DNA of 64,000 bases, from the NCBI GenBank assembly GCA_963764715.1, contig CAVXTP010000014.1, forward strand, positions 181,378 through 245,377, given 5' to 3'. How positions within the stretch are numbered: the first letter of the stretch is position 1; each line of letters opens with the position of its first letter. This DNA comes from an uncultured Acidobacteriota bacterium. Its GTDB lineage: Bacteria; Acidobacteriota; Thermoanaerobaculia; UBA5066; Gp7-AA6. The notes under the pieces are model-generated. The model was not told the origin of the DNA. It did not search any database and saw only the letters and a program-made list of their open reading frames with translations. A program made the translations under genes and the position numbers. Positions 28,551 through 36,568 of the stretch are shown here, piece by piece.

Positions 28551-28894
28551 ACATCCGCGTGGAGCGCCGCGCGCACGTCACGGTCATCGCGATCGCCGGA
28601 AGCGTCGACGGGGCGACCGCTCCGGCCCTGGTCGCGTCGTTTCGGGAGGAGGTCGCCGGCGGTTTCACCCGGATCGTGGGCGACTTTTCGGGCGTCGAGT
28701 ACACCTCGAGCGCCGGGCTTCGGGCGTTGCTCGAGACCGTCAAGGAAACCCGACAGCGGGGCGGGGACCTCCGGCTCGCCGCCGTCCAGCCCGACGTCTG
28801 GCGGGTGCTCGACCTCGCCGGCTTCACCCACATCCTGAAGGTCTTCGGCGGGATCGACGAGGCCGTGGCGAGCTTCCCGGCCCAGGGCGCGTGA
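28547..28894 (+). CDS. STAS anti-anti-sigma factor (RsbV/SpoIIAA-like)
   Basis: GSVD, DFSGVEYTSSAGLRALL with the phosphorylatable Ser; ATGA overlap. Confidence 0.9.
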   Translation: MNIRVERRAHVTVIAIAGSVDGATAPALVASFREEVAGGFTRIVGDFSGVEYTSSAGLRALLETVKETRQRGGDLRLAAVQPDVWRVLDLAGFTHILKVFGGIDEAVASFPAQGA

Positions 28895-29763
28895 GCGCCG
28901 CCCCTCCCGCCGCGCGAACCGCCGGCCGCGTCGCCGTCGTCATCGGCTCGGGCTCGGTCAAGTGCGCCGCCGCGCTCGGGCTCTTCCGTGTGCTCCAGCG
29001 CGAGGGGATCCCGATCGACATGGTCGTCGGCTGCAGCGGCGGGGCGCTCTACGCGGCGTGCGTCGCGATGGGCTTCGACCTCGCGACGGCCGAGCGCAAG
29101 ACCCGCGAGCTCTGGACGAAGGAGATCACGGCGAAGCGCAACACGCGGGCGCTCCTCGCGGCGGTCCTCCCCGGGGTCTTCCGCTTCGACGAGCGGTTCG
29201 GCCTCGTCGACGACCGGAAAGTCCTCGAGCGCCTCCGGCAGGCCTTCGGCGAGGCCCGCATGGAGGACGCGAAGATCCCGCTCTTCCTGACGGCCACCGA
29301 CTTCCACACGGGCGAGCAGGCGGTGTTCTCGAAGGGACGGCTCGTCGACGCGCTCCGCGCCTCGATCGCCATCCCCTACATCTTCCAGCCCTGGAAGATC
29401 GGCGACCGCACGTTCGTCGACGGTTTCCTTTCCGACCCGATGCCGATCGGCGTCGCGATCAAGGAGGGCGCCGACATCATCATCACCATGGGCTTCGAGA
29501 GCCCGTACCAGACCCGCATCTCGAGCGTGATGCGCTTCGCCTTCCAGCTCTCGTCGATCACGTCGAACAACCTGCTCAAGGCCAACTACGCGTTCCACAA
29601 CCTCGCGCACCACCACGAGATCCTTCCGATCATTCCGCAGTTCAAGCACAAGATTCACCTCTTCGACACCGACAAGTTTCCCTACGTCATCGAAGAGGGC
29701 GAGCGCGCGGCCGAGAAGCAGATCCCCTATCTCCGCCAGCTCCTCGCGCCCCGAAGCGCGTGA
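28891..29763 (+). CDS. Patatin-like phospholipase
   Basis: GSGSVK (variant Gly loop), GCSGG nucleophile elbow, ATD..TG, ASIAIP, VDG catalytic Asp. Confidence 0.88.
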   Translation: MSAAPPAARTAGRVAVVIGSGSVKCAAALGLFRVLQREGIPIDMVVGCSGGALYAACVAMGFDLATAERKTRELWTKEITAKRNTRALLAAVLPGVFRFDERFGLVDDRKVLERLRQAFGEARMEDAKIPLFLTATDFHTGEQAVFSKGRLVDALRASIAIPYIFQPWKIGDRTFVDGFLSDPMPIGVAIKEGADIIITMGFESPYQTRISSVMRFAFQLSSITSNNLLKANYAFHNLAHHHEILPIIPQFKHKIHLFDTDKFPYVIEEGERAAEKQIPYLRQLLAPRSA

Positions 29764-30923
29764 CGGCCCCCCCCGGCCGCCTCCTCGTCGTCGACGACAC
29801 GGAGGTCAACCGCGACCTGCTGGCGCGGCGCCTGCGCGCCCTGGGCCACGAGGTGACGATGGCCGTGAACGGACGCGAGGCCCTCGAGACCCTCGCCGCG
29901 CGCGAGATCGACCTCGTCCTCCTCGACATCATGATGCCGGAGATGGACGGGTTCCAGGTGCTCGAGCGGATGCGGCAGGACGCGGCGCTCCGCACGATTC
30001 CCGTCATCATGATCTCGGCGGTCGACGAGATCGAGAGCGTCGCCCGCGCGATCGAGCTCGGCGCCGCGGACTACCTGCCGAAGCCGTTCAACGCCGTGGT
30101 GCTGCGCGCGCGGGTGACCGCGACGCTCCAAAAGAAGCGCCTCGAGGACGCCGAGCGACTCCACACGCGCGCCCTGGAGCGCGACCTCGAGATCGGGCGC
30201 CAGATCCAGCGGGACTTCCTGCCCGACGCGCTCCCGCAGCCGGCCGGCTGGGAGATCGCCGCGGCCTTTCAGCCGGCGCGCCAGGTCGCGGGCGACTTCT
30301 ACGACGCCTTCGCCCTCGAGGACGGGCGCGTCGCCCTCGTCCTCGGCGACGTCTGCGACAAGGGCGTCGGGGCCGCACTCTTCATGGCCCTCTTCCGCAG
30401 CCTCCTGCGCTCCCACGCCGAGCTCCACGGCGCGGGCACGCCGGCGGCGCCCGCGGCGCGCAGCATCGTGGCGCTCACGAACGACTACATCGCGCGCACG
30501 CACGGCCGCTCGAACATGTTCGCGACCATCTTCTTCGGGATCCTCGACCCCGCGACCGGCGCGCTCGCCTGGGTCAACGGCGGCCACGAGCCGCCGGTCC
30601 TCCGCCGGTCCGCGGGTACGATCGAGCGGCTCTCCCCGACCGGGCCGGCCGTCGGCGCCCTTCCCGGGATGGAGTATGCGGCGCGCACGCTCGAGCTCGG
30701 ACCGGGCGATCTCCTCCTCGCCTTCACCGACGGCGCCTCCGAGGCCCGCTCGCCTTCGGGCGTTCTCTGGGGCGAGCAGGCGCTGCTGCGGCTGCTGGAG
30801 CGCGCTCCGCGGTCCGGGGCCACGACCCTGGCGGAAGTCGTCGCCGCAGTCCGCGCGCACGAGGCCGGAACCGAGCCCGGCGACGACCTGACGCTACTCG
30901 CCGTACGTCGGGCGGGCCCATAG
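29760..30923 (+). CDS. Receiver plus PP2C/SpoIIE phosphatase (RsbU/RsbP-like)
   Basis: LLVVDD, LLDIMMP, KPF receiver; GDFYD, GDVCDKG, FTDG and DDLT metal-binding motifs; GTGA overlap. Confidence 0.92.
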   Translation: MTAPPGRLLVVDDTEVNRDLLARRLRALGHEVTMAVNGREALETLAAREIDLVLLDIMMPEMDGFQVLERMRQDAALRTIPVIMISAVDEIESVARAIELGAADYLPKPFNAVVLRARVTATLQKKRLEDAERLHTRALERDLEIGRQIQRDFLPDALPQPAGWEIAAAFQPARQVAGDFYDAFALEDGRVALVLGDVCDKGVGAALFMALFRSLLRSHAELHGAGTPAAPAARSIVALTNDYIARTHGRSNMFATIFFGILDPATGALAWVNGGHEPPVLRRSAGTIERLSPTGPAVGALPGMEYAARTLELGPGDLLLAFTDGASEARSPSGVLWGEQALLRLLERAPRSGATTLAEVVAAVRAHEAGTEPGDDLTLLAVRRAGP

Positions 30924-30956
30924 CTCACCGGAGCGGGGCACCGCTCTGGCCTCCAG

Positions 30957-31406
30957 CTATGGCATGGGAGCGCTCCCCCGGTGCTCAAATGAAGTCCAGC
31001 CGTCCTCGGCAGAGCAAATTCCGAGTTTCACCTTGAGGGTCTCATCGAAGAGACTGATTTGCGCGTGGTTCTTGGCAATGGCCATCGATCGAGCGAGATC
31101 CCTCTTCGTCTCCTCGGGGAGGCTCTCCCACATCGATCGCCGGACGTAGACCGCGGGCGCGTCGTCCGCCCAGTGAAAGATGAGACCCGACCGTCGGAAC
31201 GGCAAGACCTCCAGATTCGCCCGCTCCACTCTTGCGGCGGCGAATCCGCGCGTCACCGGAATTGGTCCGGCATGGTCGACCAGAATTGCGACGATCGCCC
31301 CGAGAACGACGAGCGAAACCGCACCCACTGTCAGTAGGAGTCCCGGCGCAACGCCGGGTGCCCATCTCGGACTCGTCCGGCGATGCGAAGTGATGTCTAT
31401 TCTCAT
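30957..31406 (-). CDS. Hypothetical single-TM protein
   Basis: About 149 aa with one strong hydrophobic segment (LLLTVGAVSLVVLGAIVAILV); sequence less GC-rich than neighbours. Confidence 0.5.
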   Translation of the reverse strand: MRIDITSHRRTSPRWAPGVAPGLLLTVGAVSLVVLGAIVAILVDHAGPIPVTRGFAAARVERANLEVLPFRRSGLIFHWADDAPAVYVRRSMWESLPEETKRDLARSMAIAKNHAQISLFDETLKVKLGICSAEDGWTSFEHRGSAPMP

Positions 31407-31601
31407 AATGACCTTCCCGAGCGGAAACCCGACGGAGTCCGCCAGGCCAGCGCACTCCTGGACGCCCTGATCCGGGCGGCCCTCCACCGCTGGCCGCGAG
31501 CCCGCACGAAGGTCGGCGCCCAGCCGCGGCCAGGTTTGAAAGCATCGGCCGACGCCCCGCGCGGGGACGCCGGCCGAAAGGACGTCGATCGGAGACCCCG
31601 G

Positions 31602-34034
31602 CTAGAACGAGAGAACCGCCTGGCCCACGAATCGCCGAGGCGGGATGACGTGTGTTCCGCCGAAGACCGAGAGGATGTTGTAGACCCCCTTCTGGTCGAA
31701 GGCGTTGAGGATCATGAACTGCAGCGCCAACGGGACCTTCACGCGGGACAGGTCGTACCCGATCTGGAAATCGCAGACCGTACGCGGCTTGACTCGGTTG
31801 GGGTCGAGCTCGGTTCCGCTGTTGACGTTGACGTAGGGCGCGGCGAACGCGTTGTCCGGATCCTCGAGCAATTCGGTCGAATCCGCGTCGGTCACGAGAC
31901 CCGAGTCATAGCGGACGTTGGCCCCGAACCAGAGGCCCGTCTTGAGGAGATCGTAATAGAGGCCCACCTGGAGCTGGATCTTCTGGTCGTGGTCGATCAG
32001 AAACGGAACGCCCGTGATCGCGTCCAGCGACTCCTGATCGAGGAAGAGGCCGCCGGCCGGAGGCGGATCGTAGATCGCGTGGACGTGGCCCACGGAGACG
32101 AAGCCCCGGAACCCCGCCGTCGGCGCCAGATCGAGCCGCAGGTCCCACCCCTGATACTGGCCGCTCGCGAAGGAGATCGGGAAGACGATGCCTGTCGTCA
32201 AGAACTGGTCCTGGTCGCCGGCGTTCTTGGTCCGCCGCCACCAGTAGTCGAAGTCGAGACGGAGCTTCGACCCGAGGGCCTGCTGGAGACCGACCGTGTA
32301 GGCGTTCTGGCGCTCGGACTGCACGGGCAGAACGCCCCCGCCCAGCGCCCGGGATTCCTGTACTGAGGGCGGCACGATCGACGCCGCCTCGGCCGAGGAA
32401 CTGAGGAGAATGTTCTCGAACTCGGGCGTGTAGACGATCCGGCTGTACGTCGCACGGAGGACCGAGCCGGTCTGCGGAATGTAATAAGCCAGCCCGAGGC
32501 GAGGCGACCACTGGACGGTTGTGACCGGCAGATTGTTGTTCTCGTAGCGGACACCGATGTTCGCCGTCAGGTTGTTCCAGCGGATCGTGTCCTGCACGTA
32601 GGCCGCGTAGTACTTGTCCGTGCCCGTGTCGGAGAAGACGAACGGAACACCGCCACGCGTCAGGTCGTAGGGAGCGATGTTGGGGTTGTAGTCCGGCGAA
32701 CCCGGATCGTTGAACGTGGGATCGGTGATTCCGAAGCGGAAGAACTCCTGGATCGTGTACGCCTTGAAGACTCCGCCCACCTTGATCTCGTGGATTCCCG
32801 TCGTCCACGAGAAGGAGGGAGTGATCCCGAAGTTGTTGAGGGACCGATTCGAATCGGCCGTGATCGGGGTATCGCCCGCCGACGGGTACAGCGTGAAGCG
32901 CGCGAGCCGGGCGTACGCCGTCACGTCGAGAACCGTCGAGGCCGAAAGGACGTCCTGCCAGCCGAAGTTGTAGTTCTGGTCGTTCGTCTGGACCCTTTCC
33001 GCCTGGCCCTCGTCCTCCTGCGAGTAGCGATTCGGGACGTCGCGGTCCGTCCGGCCGAGCAGGGCCGAGAGACGGAAGGCGCTCGCAAACCCGGGGGATG
33101 CCGTGTCGAGCCGGATGAAGCCTCTCTGGGTGTTGCCGACGTTGTTGAGGTTGTCGGGATTCGGCGGGTCCGTGAAGTAGTCGGACCCCGCCGCGTTCAA
33201 GGTGGCGAAGTAGCCGAAGGACTGCGTGCCTCCGCCCAGCGAGGCCCCGCCCTGGTACGTGTCGAAGGTCGCGAAGCTGCCGATCACGTTTCCCTTGAAC
33301 GGGGAGCCGAGGCCGGACTTCGTCGTCATGTTGATGACGGCGCCGACCTTTTCGCCGAACTCCGCCGGGACGTTTCCGTAGATCACCTCCATCGACTGGG
33401 CGATCGACGGGTCGATCGAGTTGGAAAAGGTCACTCCCGTCTGGTCCGCGATCGTCTGCCCGTCGATGACGTACTCGCTCTGACTGTGAGCGCCCTGGAA
33501 GTGGAAGCGGCCATTTTCGTCGAGCGCGAAGCCGGGGGTGGACGTCACGATCTCTTCCATGGCCCGCATCGGGACCGCGGCCGGGGCGCGCTGGATGAAC
33601 GACTTGTCGATGTCGATGTGGGAGGTGGTCGTGTCGGTTTCGAGTTGGGCGGCCGTGGGCTCGCTGATCACGCTCACCGACTCGGTCACCGCGGGCAGCT
33701 CGAGCTGGATCCGGACCTCGCGGGGGACGGACGTCCGGAGATCCAGGTTCTGGTGGACCGGCTTGAAACCCTGCACCTCGACGTGCAGCTCGTAGGGATT
33801 GAAGGGAACGTTGAAGAAGTGAAAGGTGCCGTCGCGGCCGCTCGTGGTCTCGGCCTTGAATCCGGAGATGTCGTTGCGCAGCTGGACGAGGACGGCCGCC
33901 ATCGGCTTGCCGTCGGGCCCGGCGACGACGCCCGTGATCGAGGCGGCCGGTCCCGCGGCCAGGACCGCGGCCGGAAGCGCGACGAGCAGACCGCCGACGA
34001 AGACCCCGAGGGCCAAACGCTTGGAGTGAGACAT
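31602..34034 (-). CDS. TonB-dependent receptor with N-terminal carboxypeptidase-regulatory-like domain
   Basis: Signal peptide, ITGVV..PDG, plug (TPG, YVIDG, PAEFG), beta-barrel strands, NAFD, terminal Phe. Confidence 0.9.
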   Translation of the reverse strand: MSHSKRLALGVFVGGLLVALPAAVLAAGPAASITGVVAGPDGKPMAAVLVQLRNDISGFKAETTSGRDGTFHFFNVPFNPYELHVEVQGFKPVHQNLDLRTSVPREVRIQLELPAVTESVSVISEPTAAQLETDTTTSHIDIDKSFIQRAPAAVPMRAMEEIVTSTPGFALDENGRFHFQGAHSQSEYVIDGQTIADQTGVTFSNSIDPSIAQSMEVIYGNVPAEFGEKVGAVINMTTKSGLGSPFKGNVIGSFATFDTYQGGASLGGGTQSFGYFATLNAAGSDYFTDPPNPDNLNNVGNTQRGFIRLDTASPGFASAFRLSALLGRTDRDVPNRYSQEDEGQAERVQTNDQNYNFGWQDVLSASTVLDVTAYARLARFTLYPSAGDTPITADSNRSLNNFGITPSFSWTTGIHEIKVGGVFKAYTIQEFFRFGITDPTFNDPGSPDYNPNIAPYDLTRGGVPFVFSDTGTDKYYAAYVQDTIRWNNLTANIGVRYENNNLPVTTVQWSPRLGLAYYIPQTGSVLRATYSRIVYTPEFENILLSSSAEAASIVPPSVQESRALGGGVLPVQSERQNAYTVGLQQALGSKLRLDFDYWWRRTKNAGDQDQFLTTGIVFPISFASGQYQGWDLRLDLAPTAGFRGFVSVGHVHAIYDPPPAGGLFLDQESLDAITGVPFLIDHDQKIQLQVGLYYDLLKTGLWFGANVRYDSGLVTDADSTELLEDPDNAFAAPYVNVNSGTELDPNRVKPRTVCDFQIGYDLSRVKVPLALQFMILNAFDQKGVYNILSVFGGTHVIPPRRFVGQAVLSF

Positions 34035-34037
34035 GAA

Positions 34038-34147
34038 TTCTCCTCATTCGAAGTGGGCTCGGGCCCGGCGTCGCCGGAAGGGCGCGCGCCGGCGGCTCCC
34101 GTCGAGGGACCGCCCGAGGCCGGTCAGTTCGAGGCTTTAGAGGAGAA
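34038..34147 (-). promoter_or_regulatory. Putative SD-sequestering hairpin between leader peptide and TonB receptor
   Basis: 34140-34147 (mRNA UUCUCCUC) is perfectly complementary to the SD GAGGAGAA at 34038-34045; inner arms at 34048-52/34128-32 and 34058-64/34112-18. Confidence 0.65.
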
Positions 34148-34493
34148 CGGGAGGAGCGCGGGAACCGTGCGGGAGGCGGGCGAACGAGAACGAGGATGCA
34201 GCGCGTGTGGCGACCGCCAGGAAGGATGCGAGAAGCGGCACCACGAAGCCGGCGGCGGCCGGCATTCCGGCGCCGCGCTGGGTCGAGCAGGCCAGACACG
34301 GGTCGTCCTTGACGTGGATTCCCGAATGCCAGTGCGAAGCCTTCGACAACGGGCTGTGGTTGGAAACCACACGGTCGCCGCCGGCGGCGCCGACCGTGCC
34401 GGCCAGGTCTTCGTGGTGATGAAGGGTGGCTGCCCCCGCGACGGTGGCGAGCAGAAGAAGGGCCGCGAAACGCCTCAGCGCTGAAACGGGCAC
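34137..34493 (-). CDS. DUF2946-like (CruR/CutF-like) leader protein with signal peptide, His cluster, CxxC and RAPP motif
   Basis: LRRFAALLLLA signal; HHHED, SHWHSGIH, CLAC; C-terminus SRAPPVLL*. Confidence 0.75.
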   Translation of the reverse strand: MPVSALRRFAALLLLATVAGAATLHHHEDLAGTVGAAGGDRVVSNHSPLSKASHWHSGIHVKDDPCLACSTQRGAGMPAAAGFVVPLLASFLAVATRAASSFSFARLPHGSRAPPVLL

Positions 34494-34543
34494 GACCGCA
34501 CGAGCCTACGGCACCCCCGGCGCCACGTCAATCGGGGCCGACG

Positions 34544-36526
34544 CTACTCGATGTTCTTGATCGCCCGCTCGGCCGACCAGCGAACGCGCGGCATCTTCGC
34601 GAGCTCCTTCAGCAGCGGCAGCGCCTTCGTCGCGGCCGGCTTGCCGATCTCGCCGAGCGCCGCCGCGCAGGCGCGCAGCACGTGGATCTGCTCGTCCTTG
34701 ACGGAGCAGGCCGCCATGAGCTCCGGCACGGCCGGCGCCGCGCCCTTGCCGATCGCCCCGATCGCGTTGCCAGCCATCATGCGCACGTTGGCGTCCGGGT
34801 CCTTCAACGCCTTCGTGAGGGCCGGGAGGGCCGGCTGGGCGTTCGGGCCCTCCTTCACCAGGGCCATCGCCGCGAGTCCCCGCGTGACGGGGTCGGGGTC
34901 CGACAGCGCCTTCGCGAGGTCCGCGACGCTGCCCGAAGGCTGCCGCGGCTCCTGGATTTTCGCGGCCGCCGCCCACGCGGCCGGGCCGGTCTTCGCGAGC
35001 ACGATGTCGTCGACGCCGACGACGTAACCGCTCGAGTCCTCGCGCTTGCCGAGGCACTGGAAGGTCAGCGTGTGGCGGCCCTTCGTCAGACGCGGCCAGC
35101 CCACCTGGTAGTCCGCGCCGACGTAGGTCTCGAGCGCGTAGCCGTCGAACTGCACCTGCGGCCGGACGTCGGCGCCGGGCTCGTGCTCGAGGACCGGGGC
35201 GACCGGGGGCTTCCCGTCGAGGAGCACCGTGTAGACGCCGTAGTCCGAGCCCTTCGCCATCTGGGCGTAGACCTCGTAGTCGCCGTCTTCCGGCACGTCG
35301 AACGGGATCGTGACGCTCGACCCGGGTCCCTGCCCCTCGAAAACGACGACGTCCTTGGACCAGAAGAGGTCCGGGAAGACCGAGACCTTGCCCTTCTCCG
35401 TCTTGATCTTGGGCATCGACCGCTCGACCTCGATCTGCAGGGCGTTGCCCTGGGGGAGCCGCGCCGCTCCGTAGGGGACGGGCGGCTGGTCGAGGGCGAT
35501 CCCCTGCTGGTACCAGAACGCGACGCTCGACATCAGGTCGACGCGCTCGCCGAAGCCCGATTTCACGGCGCCGTCGGCGTTGAAGGTCCAGCCCTTGTGC
35601 TCGATCTCGGCCTTCAGCGACTTCTCGTAGGGAATCGGATCGACCAGGTGCCAGCGGTACGCCGTCATGCGCGAGCCGAGGCCCGTGCCCTCGGCCACGG
35701 TCACGCCGTAGTAAGGCGCGTCGTTGACGTGCAGGCCCCAGGCGTCGTTGAAGTAATCCTCGCTGCCGGTGCCCTCGATCGACGGCTTCGGCGCGCCGTC
35801 GACCCAGAAGAAGTCGTCGCCCTCGCCGAACCAGCCGGCCTCGGCCTGGACGACCGACATGACCGTGCCGACGTAGTGGCCCTTGCCCTTCGACTCGAGG
35901 AAGACGTAGTTCGAGCCGTCGGCCGGCGCCGGCATGGACTGCCGGTAGCGGGCGTGGAAGTACATCGTGTTCTCGGGAAGCGAGGGCATCTTCTCCCAGT
36001 CGACGTGGTAGTAGAGGTTCGCGACGCGCCGGCGGCCCTCGTTCGTCACCGTGATCCGGCAGGACTTCTTGAAGGGCATCGGCCAGTAGCTGTTGCGCGC
36101 GCGGCCGTCGGAGCTGTTGACGACCATGAGCGACTTGACCTTGGCCTCGAAGCCGTGGCCCACCGCGAAGAAGTCGCCGATCGGCGCGTCGACGCTCGGC
36201 ACCGGGCTCCCGTCGTAGTAGACGCGCAGGCGCAGGAGCTTCGGCCAGCCGTACTCGTTGTCGGCGATCGTGACCCAGATGTGCGTGACGACGCCGGGCC
36301 CCTGGAGGTCGGCGAGTACGGTCGTCTCGCCGGGGATGGGCCGCTTGCTGTCGTCGTTGGAGTTCCAGTCCTCGTTGTTGGACGAGGACCGGAAGGCCGC
36401 GAAGTTCTTGGGCTCCGTCAGCCGGAAGGGATCGGGCAGCCCGGGGTTGATGCCCTGGGAGAGCGCCGGCAGGGCGCCCGCGCAGAGCGCCGCGGCGAGG
36501 ATTCCGAGCGTCCGGGAGGTCTTCAT
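34544..36526 (-). CDS. DUF2961 (GH172-like) glycoside hydrolase with C-terminal HEAT repeats
   Basis: GPGVVTHIW, PIGDFF, NSYWPMPF, WFGEGD, GTGSEDYF; tail of ALxDPDxxVR repeats. Confidence 0.85.
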   Translation of the reverse strand: MKTSRTLGILAAALCAGALPALSQGINPGLPDPFRLTEPKNFAAFRSSSNNEDWNSNDDSKRPIPGETTVLADLQGPGVVTHIWVTIADNEYGWPKLLRLRVYYDGSPVPSVDAPIGDFFAVGHGFEAKVKSLMVVNSSDGRARNSYWPMPFKKSCRITVTNEGRRRVANLYYHVDWEKMPSLPENTMYFHARYRQSMPAPADGSNYVFLESKGKGHYVGTVMSVVQAEAGWFGEGDDFFWVDGAPKPSIEGTGSEDYFNDAWGLHVNDAPYYGVTVAEGTGLGSRMTAYRWHLVDPIPYEKSLKAEIEHKGWTFNADGAVKSGFGERVDLMSSVAFWYQQGIALDQPPVPYGAARLPQGNALQIEVERSMPKIKTEKGKVSVFPDLFWSKDVVVFEGQGPGSSVTIPFDVPEDGDYEVYAQMAKGSDYGVYTVLLDGKPPVAPVLEHEPGADVRPQVQFDGYALETYVGADYQVGWPRLTKGRHTLTFQCLGKREDSSGYVVGVDDIVLAKTGPAAWAAAAKIQEPRQPSGSVADLAKALSDPDPVTRGLAAMALVKEGPNAQPALPALTKALKDPDANVRMMAGNAIGAIGKGAAPAVPELMAACSVKDEQIHVLRACAAALGEIGKPAATKALPLLKELAKMPRVRWSAERAIKNIE

Positions 36527-36568
36527 GGCCTGACTCCTTCGTGTTTCAAGGCTGCGCCGGTTCGTGTT

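Noticed and set aside
28891-29763. Patatin as a CBASS CapV-type defence effector
   Set aside because: No CD-NTase or Cap2/Cap3 genes nearby; the DUF6036 enzyme is 9 kb away and of a different family; the context is signalling.
31440-31500. AGCGGTGGAGGG on the minus strand resembling the start of a SAM-I riboswitch
   Set aside because: The flanking conserved elements (ATC..GAG, GCAACC, GTGC.AA, GATGA) are missing.
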